Positions 39,101 to 50,929 of a stretch of 64,000 nt of DNA are shown here, one piece after another. Position 1 is the first letter of the stretch. Every line of letters begins with the position of its first letter. This DNA comes from Chiloscyllium plagiosum (lineage: Eukaryota). Under the pieces are notes generated by a model. That model had not been told where the DNA came from. It saw nothing but the letters and a program-made list of their open reading frames with translations, and ran no database searches. A program made the position numbers and the translations under genes. The stretch covers positions 45,254,324-45,318,323 of the forward strand of contig NC_057723.1 in the NCBI RefSeq assembly GCF_004010195.1. The letters run 5' to 3'.

Positions 39101-40490
39101 AAAAAAAAATAATGAAAATCTTTCTTAATTAACAGCTCCATGTGTTTCGTTCTTTCATGGATCTTTTCACTTCAATTACCAGTGCATGTTCACCATAAAT
39201 TGATTACAAAAATTCAATTTCACATTTGATTCCCCTTTTCAGACCATCTACTCATGTCATTGAAGAAAAGGCCAATGTTTCTAAAGAGCAGGCAGTTTTC
39301 TTTCATATAGGCTGGGTTGTACTGTGTTTTAGAAATTCCTCTGTGGGGTGACCTGATGTTATTCACAGCAAAGAAAGAGATCAATAAAACCATCATTAAC
39401 AATCCTTTCAAAGCTGCTGATCCCGGAAAAACAATAGGATTTTATGTAAAGATTCTGCACTGTTAACTCCCTGGAATATTTGGTTATTTCCTGCATTGGT
39501 GTCAAAACATAAATTGATGCAAATGAATTGCATTATTTTAGCTTAATTAAGAGGCAGTGAAGGAAAACTTGTATAAGACTTGAATAAGGACAACTGGGTT
39601 GAATTACTAACCTGTGCAGTCCCTTATTATACAGTTTGATGAGATTTGCACTTGGAACCTTTGTTCCAACTACAAATATATATGAAAAGTAGTATGCAGC
39701 AATACAGTAAGTGCCATATAGAGTGACTGCAAACCATTGCAGGGTGCAAAATTTTAGGTGAAGCCAATAACCCCTAAAAGTTAGCCTGAAATACTAAAAG
39801 AAGCTGACATCTCTTAATAGTGAGGTGGATTCAGCCAGTATTAGGTGCTGGAGCTGGCTGTAATTCTGAACAGGAATAACACTGACACAGCAGGAAATGT
39901 TCACCAGGTTTCCTGCAGACTGGATATTGTGCTACAGAAGGTGGATAAGTGGAGCAAGGTCCTCTACTCAGAGGGGTAAAGAAGATAAGGGCATTAGATA
40001 GCTATTATGGTCAATGCCTGGAGTACATATCGACAAACATGTGAATGTAATGCCAAATTTGCTTAATGTGACCCAATACATCTTCAAATGCTGTACCATT
40101 AGAATTAGAGCAGTAGTCTCCCTCACATCACTATTCACCAACTCCTTTTATTTACCAGTCATTATTCTCTATTAATCATGGCTGATATTTCAAATTCATA
40201 GTCCCACCTCACTCTCACATATTTAAATCTGCTGCAAAATCAATCCCAATGTTTCACAGCTTGAACATACTGTCAGCTTCTCAACTGTGATAGGCACATC
40301 ACCCAAACAGATTGTACCACAGTCACTTACACATTTCCCATAGAACAAAGTGGCACATAACTGTAAGCAAGAATATCTAACCAGTGAGGGACTAGAATGC
40401 CTCAAAACCTGATCCTGATGGAGGAGATAGTGCTTGCAGTCATTGAAGTGGACTGAGGCTTGAGTTGATTGGGTTGAAACTTCTGAAGAG

Positions 40491-41852
40491 GTAAAAACAA
40501 TGACTGTAGATGCTGGAAACCAGATTCTGGATTAGTGGTGCTGGAAGAGCACAGCAGTTCAGGCAGTATCCAAGGAGCTTCGAAATCGACGTTTTGGGCA
40601 AAAGCCCTTCATCAGGAATAAAGGCAGTGAGCCTGAAGCGTGGAGAGATAAGCTAGAGGAGGGTAGGGGTAGGGAGAAAGTAGCATAGAGTAGCATAGGG
40701 AGGTGTCAGAGATGGTCCAGGTAAATTGAAGGTCAGGGTGGAATGTGTTGGTGAACCATCTCTGACACCTCCTTCCCCTTCCTGGACCTCTCCATCACCA
40801 TTAATGACGACCGACTTGACACTGACATTTTTTACAAACCCACCGACTCCCACAGCTACCTGGATTACACCTCTTCCCACCCTACCTCTTACAAATTGCC
40901 ATCCCATATTCCCAATTCCTCCGCCACCGCCGGATCTGCTCCCAGGAGGACCAGTTCCACCACAGAACACACCAGATGGCCTCCTTCTTTAGAGACTGCA
41001 ATTTCCCTTCCCACGTGGTTAAAGATGCCCTCCAACGCATCTCGTCCACATCCCGCACCTCCGCCCTCAGACCCAACCCCTCCAACCGCAACAAGGACAG
41101 AACGCCCCTGGTGCACACCTTCCACCCTACCAACCTTCGCATAAACCAAACCATCCGCCGACATTTCCGCCACCTCCAAACAGACACCACCACCAGGGAT
41201 ATATTTCCCTCCCCACACCTTTCCGNNNNNNNNNNNNNNNNNNNNNNNNNNNNNNNNNNNNNNNNNNNNNNNNNNNNNNNNNNNNNNNNNNNNNNNNNNN
41301 NNNNNNNNNNNNNNNNNNNNNNNNNNNNNNNNNNNNNNNNNNNNNNNNNNNNNNNNNNNNNNNNNNNNNNNNNNNNNNNNNNNNNNNNNNNNNNNNNNNN
41401 NNNNNNNNNNNNNNNNNNNNNNNNNNNNNNNNNNNNNNNNNNNNNNNNNNNNNNNNNNNNNNNNNNNNNNNNNNNNNNNNNNNNNNNNNNNNNNNNNNNN
41501 NNNNNNNNNNNNNNNNNNNNNNNNNNNNNNNNNNNNNNNNNNNNNNNNNNNNNNNNNNNNNNNNNNNNNNNNNNNNNNNNNNNNNNNNNNNNNNNNNNNN
41601 NNNNNNNNNNNNNNNNNNNNNNNNNNNNNNNNNNNNNNNNNNNNNNNNNNNNNNNNNNNNNNNNNNNNNNNNNNNNNNNNNNNNNNNNNNNNNNNNNNNA
41701 CTTTCTCCCCACCCCCACCCTCCTCTAGCTTATCTCTCCACGCTTCAGGCTCATTGCCTTTATTCCTGATGAAGGGCTTTTGCCCGAAACGTCGATTTCG
41801 AAGCTTCTAGGATTCTGCCTGAACTGCTGTGCTCTTCCAGCACCACTAATCC
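40491..41852 (+). mobile_element. Penelope-like retroelement (RT C-terminus/thumb; GIY-YIG region presumably in gap) with inverted terminal repeat
   Basis: FPFLDLSI, DIFYKPTDSHSYLDYTSSHP, AIPYSQFL, PLVHTFHP motifs. 40529-40681 is the reverse complement of 41700-41852. Confidence 0.92.
41226..41699. other. Assembly gap (474 N)
   Basis: Run of N. Confidence 1.
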
Positions 41853-42069
41853 TTGAAACATCTGAAGGTCATTGTACGTTTCTACCAAATTATCTTTCTT
41901 CCAATCCATATCTCCCTCATCCCAAATACAAAAATGATGTCAGTGATAAAGTGTGTGCTGGAGTCCAGCAATAATTTACACCAAGGTTTTGCAAAACGTC
42001 TGCTGTCCATTTTTTCTAGTGTGGAAGTGATGACCAACTCTGTGTTAAACTTGTTGCCGCAACTATGAT

Positions 42070-42350
42070 GTATTAAGAAATCGGAGCAAGAGAAGGTAAT
42101 TCAGACTGTCATGCCTACCTTGCCATTCAACAAGACCATGGCTGATCTGTTGCAGGCTTCAACTCCTCTTCCACACCAGTGCATCAGAGCCCACAACACC
42201 CCAACATTTCCAATTCTGTGTCCTCCCTTTTAAGTACACTTAGTGATCTTGCCCCTATTCTGTGGGGTAGAAAATTATAGGCATTAACTTCCCTCTGGGC
42301 GAACAATCCCTTTTCACCTCAGTTTTAAACATGTGTCCCCTTATTCTGTC
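42070..42350 (-). mobile_element. CR1 3' UTR fragment
   Basis: TAAGAAATCGGAGCAAGAGAAGG...CCATGGCTGATC...CCCCTTATTCTG, same type of end as 5252 and 48560. Confidence 0.7.
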
Positions 42351-42381
42351 CTTTCAACACCGATTGCAAACACAGTTTAAT

Positions 42382-42710
42382 GGGAGACAATGGCCGAATG
42401 GTATTATTGCTGGACTGTTAATCTAGAGATTCAAATAATGTTCTGGGGTCCTGGGTTTGCATTTTGCCACAACGGATTGTGGAATTTGAATTCAAGTTTT
42501 TAAAAATATTTGGAATTAAGAGTCTAATGATGACCAGGAATCAATTGTTGGGAAAAACCCACCTTGTTCATTAAAGCCCTTTTGAGAAGGAAACCACCAT
42601 TTTTATCTGGTCTGGCCTACACATGACTCCAGACCCTTTGGGAAATTAAGGATGGGCAATAAATGGTGGCCTAAACAGAGATGCTGACATCCTAGGAAGG
42701 AATAAAGAAA
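42382..42710 (+). mobile_element. tRNA-derived Deu-domain SINE (SacSINE1-like)
   Basis: A-box-like TGGCCGAATGG, B-box-like GGGTTTGCATT, central TGGTCTGGCCTACACATGACTCCAGAC, and LINE-derived tail GGGCAATAAATGGTGGCC. Confidence 0.7.
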
Positions 42711-42813
42711 CAGATGTTCAGACTACTGCCTTTGTGACTGTGGATAATAATGCTGAAAAAGGCTTGCAGTAAATCACAAAAACCCAGTGATCTGTTCAAC
42801 ATCAGATTACTGG

Positions 42814-43434
42814 TGTTATGGACCAGTCCAAACCCCCTCAAAATTTATTACGAAGATAGCCTTGACCCAACTTTTTCTTATTTTAAAGATAAGTGCAAGT
42901 TGCTGCATTCCAGATGCAATTTGATTGGCTGAACTATTCAATTTTAAGCAAAACCCACTTCATTTTTTTCATTACTGTGAAAATACAGACAAAGTAAAAT
43001 GGAAAAAAATAAGAATTTGCTTAACTATGACTCTATTGAAATGCTTAACCAAATAATAGATTTGTTAGCTACTACTAAGTAACTGCTCCAATATAGTTAA
43101 ATCCCATAAATACACACTTGGCAATTCAAATTTTGTAAAATAAATTGTCTCACTTTCAATTCTAACAGTAGGAAAAGAACCCTAGCTTTTAACTGTTGCA
43201 GAGTTAGAATAAGAGCTTACACATGCAGCAACTGCTGAAGCTAAAACTAAAAATACTGGTTCTGTGGGAACTTGACCCCACCCATGCAGGCTGATTCTAT
43301 TGTTCCAATGTTTTAAGAAAACCCAAGGCCTCACAAGCTGTTTACTTTATTCGTTTTGGTCAGACCACTCGGTATCACTGTCTCAACCTTTCCTCATGAC
43401 AAAATACACTTGTTAAAACTATAATATTGTCACA
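42814..43434. mobile_element. Probable solo LTR
   Basis: TGTTA...TCACA termini, flanked by ACTGG (42809-42813) / ACTAG (43435-43439). No internal coding sequence. Confidence 0.6.
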
Positions 43435-43653
43435 ACTAGAACAGATATTATCATACAATTGTGGTACAATTTCCACCCATTTAGATTCTACATTTCATTC
43501 AAAGTTTAATTCTTTTTGTATCTGTCCACTGAGTTATATGCATATGATTTCTATACATGGGTCCTAAATCTGTTTACTATCCATAGTTCCTAACTTCTGA
43601 CCATTAAAAATATTCTGATTTGTCCATTTTAAACCAAATATGATGATCTTATA

Positions 43654-43832
43654 CAGAAGAGCCTTGATTATCTGAAGGACACAGGTGGGGAGTGTTTCGT
43701 TCAGCTAATTGAATGCCGTATAATCAAATGCCAGATAACGCAGTTATCAGGACATAGCATCGGCGCCTTGCAATCTTGTTCAGATAATCTGAAATTTGGT
43801 TAATCGAATGCCGGATAATCAAGGTTCCTCTG
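43654..43832. mobile_element. Tc1/mariner-pogo (Tigger-like) MITE
   Basis: TIRs CAGAAGAGCCTTGATTATCTG / reverse complement CAGAGGAACCTTGATTATCCG, TA on both sides, internal repeats of the GATAATC motif. Confidence 0.88.
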
Positions 43833-43916
43833 TATTTCCTATGTTCAGCTCCAGTTTGCAGAAGTCAGTGGCTGTTAGCTTTGCTGTTCCTACTTAGGAA
43901 GTGCTTTGCTTTCCAA

Positions 43917-44101
43917 ACAGCGGCGTGACTGAGGGCTAGGTCAATATTATGGATATTCCCTTGGAGACCATCCTTTGCACCAGACTACAAACTAAAAAGA
44001 AAGCAGCATAAAGAGTGGGTTATTTGATGTACTTGTCTGTGCTTAAGCATGTCATTTTAATGCTATTAGTAGGTATTGTGGATATCCCAAAGGCTGGCAG
44101 A
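43917..44101. repeat. 185-bp local duplication, copy 1
   Basis: Gap-free alignment to 44685-44869 (offset 768), roughly 85-90% identical by manual count. Confidence 0.95.
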
Positions 44102-44684
44102 GAGAACCAAATCATATTTACAGATGCAATGAAGCAACAAAGAAGGATCCTAACACTGTTAAGTAGCTAATATTGTTTCACAACTATCTACACATGGATT
44201 GCATACAGTGAAGAGCCATCTGTATATGTTCTTTCATCATTCTCACCCCTTTGCTAATCGTATATGCTCAAGTCCCATTCTCAAATTCTTTGACTAGCTC
44301 CTCCACCATAATCTCACCCCACCACCTTCCCTCTCCCAGTCTTGGATAAAATGGAAATTCCTGAAAATTCTAATTGAAGTGAATATGTACAGTCTACAGC
44401 TTTGGCAAATCTCCTCTTCCTATCCACAATCTTTTGGTGTGCATCTTCAATACCCCTATACGTGTACATAATTAATGAACAGCCCCTAAGTTGAGTCCTG
44501 CTGCACGAAGTATTTGACTTGTTTAGTCATTTAGCATCTTGCCAACAGACCACATTACTGCTAATGCCTCATTAGAGCCACTACATTAAAAACTGATGCA
44601 CATTAGCTCAGCTAAGCTGGCTCATAAAAATACTTAGTGGCAATGTAGCTTAGCAATGTTTCTTGTTATAAAGTAATCAATAAT

Positions 44685-44869
44685 ACAGCGGCATGACTGA
44701 GGGCAAGGTCAGTAATATGGACATTCCCTTGGAGATTTTTCTTTGCACCAGACTACAAACTAAAAAGAAAACATGGTAAAGAGCAGTTTTTTTGATGTAT
44801 TTGTCTGTGCTTAGGCATGTAATTTTAATTCTATTTGTAAGTATTGTGGATATCCCAAAAGCTGGCAGA
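44685..44869. repeat. 185-bp local duplication, copy 2
   Basis: Gap-free alignment to 43917-44101. Confidence 0.95.
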
Positions 44870-45474
44870 ATATGTAATGCCATGGCCCATTCAGCTGCTC
44901 ATAACAAGAAAGGTCCTGACCTATCCAACAGGTCCATGCTTGCAAAACTCAGAACATAGTGCCTAACATTAGATTTGATTCTGCAATTCTCCAAAATTTG
45001 CTGGATAATCCTGTTTATATAAGGAAACACATTGATAACTAATTTAAGGTGTCAATCAGATATTCTGTGTGGTGCACATGAGTATAGGATGTTACATATT
45101 TTAATAGACAATGTTCTGTTCTTTGCCAGCAGGAAGAACACATACACATATTGCACCTGTTTCACCTCAACACAATAGATGACAGCCTCATCAATAATGG
45201 CCTGACCATTCATAGTCAAATTACTTAAAATTAGGCTATTAATTTTCAATTAGCGTTAATGGGTGCATTTTCCATTGTAATATTTCCTCCAGTCAGAGCC
45301 AACTTGCCAATTAATCAGCACGGTCCCGTTCATGAGGTACAAATGTTTGTTTTTCATGTGAATTGATACTTATTTTTAATCAAACTGTTCATTGATATTA
45401 TCACACAACTGTAAAACAGGTCTATCTTGAACCACGGCCTCCAGGTCCAGAGATAGGGATAGGGATAGGGGTAG

Positions 45475-45640
45475 AGTTGGTTGGATCAGTTGGTTGGATG
45501 GCTGGTTTGCAATGTAGTGGGTTCAATTTGTCCCTTGCCTGAGGTATGGTGACCCCAGGTTAAACCACCACCAGTTATCTATCTCTCTCTCTAATGAAAA
45601 AGCAGCTCTATTGTTTGGTAGGACTATAAAAACCTTGTCT
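45475..45640 (+). mobile_element. tRNA-derived SINE-like repeat
   Basis: CAGTTGGTTGGATGGCTGGTTTG...GGGTTCAATT; related to 5047-5249. Confidence 0.55.
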
Positions 45641-45734
45641 TTAATCAAGGAAGGGGTATTGTAGTGCAGTAGTAGTGTCCCTACCTCTGGGCCAGGAGAT
45701 GCAGGTTTGATTTGATTTATTATTGCCAAATGTA

Positions 45735-47196
45735 ATGCTTTGCATGGTACACTAATTAGTAAAGTTAGGTTACGTGGGATTCAGGGTGAGTTTGCCAATT
45801 GGATACATCATTGTCTTAATGGTAGGAGACAGAGAGTAATGGTGGCATCAAGAGTGTGGTGCTGGAAAAGCACAGCAGGTCAGGCAGTATCTAAGGAGCG
45901 GGAGAATCGATGCTTCTGGCATAAGCCCTTCATCAGGAATGAGGCCTGTGGGTCAGAGCTGAGAGATAAATGGCTGGTGGGTGGGGGTGGGGGGTGGGGA
46001 GGTAGCTGGGAATGCAATAGGTGGATGAAGGTGAGGGAGAAGGTGATAGGTCAGACGGGGCAGTCATGGATTGGTCTGGAGGGCGGTACCGAGTTGGAGG
46101 CTTGGGACTGTGATAATGTGGAGGGAGAGGAAATAAGAAAGCTGTTGAAATCCATATTAATCCCATGTGGTGTAATGGTGGAGAATTGCTTTTTAACTGG
46201 AGGCCTGTGACCAGCAGAATCCCACAGGGTTTGGTTCTGGGTCCTATTTTGTTTGCCATTTATATGAATGATTTTGATGAAAATACAGAAGACATGGTTA
46301 GTAAGTTTGCTGATGACACCAAAATTGGTGGCATAGTAAACATTGTAAAAGGTTTTCTAAGATTACAAAAGGATCTTGATCGAATATGAAGTTCAATCTG
46401 AATAAATGTGAGGTATTGCATTTTGGGACAACAAACCAGGCTAGAGCTTATACAATTGATGGTAGGGCCTTGGGTAGCATTGCAGAACAAAGGGACCTAG
46501 AGGTTCAGGTACATAATTCTTTAAAGTGTAAGTCGCATTTGGAAAGGGTGGTTAAAAAGGCATTTAGCATACTTGCTTTCATTGCTCAATCCTTTGAGTA
46601 AAGGAATTGGGATGTTATGTTGAGGTTGTTTCGGACATTGGTGAGGCCTCTTCTGGAATATTGTGTCCAGTTCTGATCACCCAGTTGCAGAAAGAATACT
46701 ATCCAGCTGGACAGGGTTCAGGAGAGATTTACCAAGGTGTTGCTGGGTATGGACGGTTTGAGTTATAAGGGATGACTGGATAGGCTGGGACATTTTTCAC
46801 TGGCATGTAGGAATTTGAGAGCTGACCTGAAAGAAGTTTATAAAATAATGAGAGGTATAGATAGAGTTTATGATGGTTGTCTTTTCCTAAGATGGGGAAT
46901 TTCAAGACTAGAAGCACATTTTTAAGGTGAGGACAGAGAGTTAAAAAAGACATGAGGCAAATATTTTACACAGAAGGTGGTTCGTGTGTGGAATGAACTT
47001 TCTGAGGAAGTGGTAGATGTGGGTATAATTACAACATTTGAAAGACATTTGGATGGATACATGACTAGGAAAAGTTTGGAGGGATATGAGCCAGGAGCAG
47101 GCAGGTTGGACTAGTTTATTTTGGGATTATGTTCAGTATGGACCGTTTGGACCAAAGGATCTGTTTGTATGACTGTATGGCTGTATGACTGAGTCT
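45735..47196 (+). mobile_element. CR1 LINE RT to 3' end
   Basis: IPQGLVLGPILF, SKFADDTKIGG, LVRPLLEYCVQF. (TATGACTG)-like tail; ATGTA duplicated at 45730-45734 and 47197-47201. Confidence 0.93.
45846..46171 (-). mobile_element. Penelope 3' fragment inside CR1
   Basis: Penelope terminus sequence; perfect 10-bp TSD GTAATGGTGG (45836-45845, 46172-46181). Confidence 0.85.
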
Positions 47197-48559
47197 ATGT
47201 ATCAGGGTACAGTCAAAAAGTATTGTTTTGCACACTAACCAGACAAATCATACTTTGCCTGAATACGTCAGGGTACTAGAAGAGAATTCAAGAAATATTA
47301 TTACAGCTATAGAGAAGGTGCAGAGAAAGATGAACTGTAATATGTGATAAATCCAGGCATAAATCTGCTTACAGCAAGGAAGAAGCTGTTCTTGAATCTA
47401 TTGATAAGTGTTCTAAAAATGTGTGTATCTTCTACCTGATAGAAGAGGGTGGAAGAGAGTATAAGCAGCACGGGACAGGTTGATTATGTTGGCTGCTTTC
47501 CTGAGACAGTGGGAAGTATAGTTGGAAAGAAAACTGTTTTTTGTGATAGATTGGGTTTCACTCACAACTCTCTGTAATTTCTTGCAATCTTGGGCAGAGA
47601 AATTGCCATACAAGCTGTGATGCATTTGGGTAGAATGCTTTCTGTGATGCATCTATAAAAATTGGTAAGAGTCATTGGGGCCATGCCAAATTTCCTTAGC
47701 CTTCTGAGGAAGTAGAGGTATTAATATGCTTTCTTGACTGTGGCGTCAATGTGGATGGACCAGGATAGATCGTTGGTGATATTTACTCCTAGGAACCTGA
47801 AGCTCTTGACTTCCATCTCAGCACCATTGATACAGGGGTGCATCCTTCATTCTGCTTCCTGTATTCAATGACCAGCTCCTTTCTTTTGCTGACATTAAGG
47901 GAAAGATTGTCATCTTTACACCATGCCACTGAGCTGTCTCTCTTTCCTGTTCTCTGTCTTATTGTTGTTTGAGTTCCAACCCACAATGATGGTTTTATCA
48001 GAAAAAAATGATAATGGAGTTAGAGCAATTTGGCCACACAGTTATGAGTGTATAAAGAGTAAAGTAAGGGACTGAGTTTACAGTCTTGCAGGGCACCGCT
48101 GTTGAGGAATATCGAGGAGTAGGTGTTGTCACCAATTCTTGCTGACTGCAGTCTGCGGGTCAGGAAGTCAAGGATTCAGTTGCAGAAGGAGAGCGGAGTT
48201 CTAGGTCTCAGAGTTTAGAGTTCAAGTCCCACTGCTTCAGCAGTGTGTAATCGATCTCTGAACAAATTGATTAAAAACACCTATCTTAGTACGATAGACA
48301 TTGTTACTTCGGCTATGAGGAGACTGAGATGATAGGACTGTCTTCCTTGAAATCCATTCCTACCCTTGGCCAAAGGTCCTCCTGCTCTAGAGGTGTGTTG
48401 TAATATCAGTGAACAGATTGATTAGAAAACATCCACAGGTAGGGACACTACCACAAGACCCCTACTCCCATTGAATTTGTATACTTGGAAAATATCTTAA
48501 TAAGAGCAAAATGTATCTATTTTAATTAACCCTTAAATATAGTGTAGTAACAAATTAAA

Positions 48560-49060
48560 ATGTAGAAAATAAGAGCAGGAGTAAGTAAATTAGCCATTCC
48601 AGCCTGGTCTGCTGATATGACCATGGCTGATCATTTAACTCAATACCCAGTTCCTGCTTTCTCACCACTCTCTTAATCACTCGCCATGGCTGAGGGCTCC
48701 CCACTCTCTACTCAATGACATTTCTCCTCATTTTGGTTCTAAATAGCCTTCTCAGTCTTTAGATTGTGACTCCTGCTTCTGGACTTCATGGTCCTCAGGG
48801 ACATCAATCGAGACCTGTTAGAAATTTACATTTTGTTTTAGATGCCCCTCATTCTTCTGAACTCTAGTGAATATAATCATAACCGATCGCTTTATACATC
48901 ATTCCTGCATCCCTACAATCAGTCTAGTAAACTTTGTTACACTCCATTGCCGGAACATCCTTCTTCAGGTAAGGAGACCAAACCTGTGCACAATAATCCA
49001 GATGTGGTCTGACCAACGGCCTGAAATAAACTAAATATGTCATACAATTGCAGCACGAAG
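48560..49060 (-). mobile_element. CR1 3' fragment
   Basis: LVRPHLDYCAQVWSPYLKKDV in ORF 48924-49139, plus 3' UTR. Confidence 0.85.
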
Positions 49061-50069
49061 AGCCAAAATGGATTTTAGACACAATTCTGTATTTTTGTGT
49101 CTCAGTAAACTCAGTTAGCAACTCAGATGACTGGCACATAACTGAGAATTATTTCAATGGCATGGGTTTGATTCCTGCTCAAAATGAGGTTGATTTGGGA
49201 AGTGGAAGACAATGACAAATCATCAGTGGGAAAAAAAAATATCAAAAGAAATGGCTCAAGATCGACCACCAGCAGCTAATGAACCAAGGACGTTTCTATG
49301 GGGCAAGAAAATAAATAAATGTATCGACATGTTGATTGGAACAACAACAAAAAATAAGTTTCAGTACTTTGCTCACAATCCTTATCATAATTTTTAATCA
49401 ATTTAATTTGAAAATGGTTACAAGGTCTTAGCAAGATATGATTCTGACAAAGGTAAAGGCATTAATAATGAACTAGAAATAAAATGTAAATTTCAAAGAT
49501 ATTTGGTGAATTCACTTCAAGTATTTTATTTGCAAAAATGCAATGGTGGTACAGATCAGGAATAAAACTGTTCTTCATGATTTGTTTTCATCAAATTGTC
49601 AAAAAGGTTCCAATGATTAAAAACTCAGCTCTGCAACAGTTGATTACTGTTTTTCAAACTCAATTCATTTTTTAATCAATTTCAAATGCTCTCTTGATTT
49701 TTAGCTGCAGCATTATCATCATAATCTCAAAGGATTTATGGAACTAACACTTGATGCCATCGGATCCTGAATATTGTCAAAACAAACTGAATGGATATAT
49801 AATGATATTGTAGGGTAATATAATACAATATAATTGGCTATAGTCCATAATTAATCTAATTGCTTAAATATTGAATGATTTTATTTTTAAAAGTCTCAAC
49901 TTTAGCTTGCTTACTTTATAAGTAAGGGTACTAGGTAATGCACTTGGCCAGAAATGCAAAACATTGTGATAGTTACTTAGCATTTGAAATCAATCTAGAT
50001 ACTTTTGAGTTTTGTGGAGAAGCTGGTGATTGCCAAGAACTTAATAATTTGAAGTCTGATGAAATCTTA

Positions 50070-50083
50070 GTTGCCATGGTAAC
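50070..50083. promoter_or_regulatory. RFX X-box-like palindrome GTTGCCATGGTAAC
   Basis: Fits the X-box consensus GTNRCC(N0-3)RGYAAC and lies in unique AT-rich DNA; function unverified. Confidence 0.3.
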
Positions 50084-50195
50084 TCATTAGAATCCATCAA
50101 TCACTAAATGCTTACATAAAATGGAAATGATGAAGAGTATTTAAAGTGCATTCACAAAAGAGGAAATACATTTTTTAAAAATCCCTTTGCATCAA

Positions 50196-50507
50196 GGGGT
50201 GGCATAATGGCTCAGTAGTTAGCACTGCTACCCTCAGGTGACTGTCTGTGTGGAGTCTGCACATTTTCCCCATGTCTGCATGGGTTTACTCCTGCAGTCT
50301 AAAGATGTGCAGGTTAGGTGGATTGGCCATGCTAAGTTGTCCATAATGTCGAGGGATGTGCAGGCTAGATGGAATAACCATGGTAAGTGCAGGGTTACAG
50401 GGATAGGGTAGGGGGGGTGGGTCTGGGTGGGCTGTTTTTTAGAGGGTCAGTGCGGACTCAGTGGACTGAATGGCCTGCTTTCACACTGTAGGGATTCGAT
50501 GATTCTA
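50196..50507 (+). mobile_element. HE1-type V-SINE (head partly deleted)
   Basis: TGGCTCAGTAGTTAGCACTGC A-box head, V-domain TGTGTGGAGTCTGCACATT...AAAGATGTGCAGGTTAGG, LINE-derived tail ending GATTC repeats. Confidence 0.85.
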
Positions 50508-50929
50508 TCAAACAGATGCTCAATTTAGACATGTTAGTTGTTAGCATTTACTTGAAGAAGGTTAGTATGTTTAGTTATACATTAAGAATGCACACAGCTC
50601 ACTATACGTGCGATTCTTGAGTGATTTCTTTGAATAAGAAAGTAAAGGATAGTGCTTAAGGCACAATATGTACAATGACGGCTAACTATGCAAACTGCAT
50701 CTGTTAAGCTTGCAGCATAAACAGGTAGCAATTTATTGTTTAAAAAAAACTCGGTGATTTTAAATACAAAAACATAGTGATTAAACAAATTGAGAGTTTA
50801 CATTTCAATGTTTCTGAAAATATGTTCTTTTTCCTTAATTTTAATCAAGTAGACTGAAGAAAATTACAGGAAGGCATATTGCTGATAATAAAAAAATAAA
50901 TTCCATCGGCAAAACTAAAATAGGAAAAC

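Larger units (their letters stand above)
45708..48219 (-). mobile_element. Rex1/Babar-type LINE, split by CR1 (pieces 45708-45734 and 47197-48219)
   Basis: WCKDDNLSLNVSKRKELVIEYRK, YGNFSAQDCKKLQRVV, PLLSGRRY. Tail TGATTTGATTTATTATTG at 45708 continues into GTACAGTCAAAAAGTATTG at about 47207. Confidence 0.85.
45653..48285 (+). mobile_element. Short tRNA-derived SINE split by nested insertions (halves 45653-45707 and 48220-48285)
   Basis: GGGGTATTGTAGTGCAGTAGTAGTGTCCCTACCTCTGGGCCAGGAGATGCAGGTT joins to GTTCAAGTCCCAC (B box) at 48220. Confidence 0.6.

Noticed and set aside
40653-41728. Pro/Gly-rich and gap-spanning ORFs
   Set aside because: Alternative frames of the Penelope element plus the N run.
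50196-50240. tRNA-like heads (also 42382, 45653)
   Set aside because: SINE heads lacking a complete cloverleaf; not tRNA genes.
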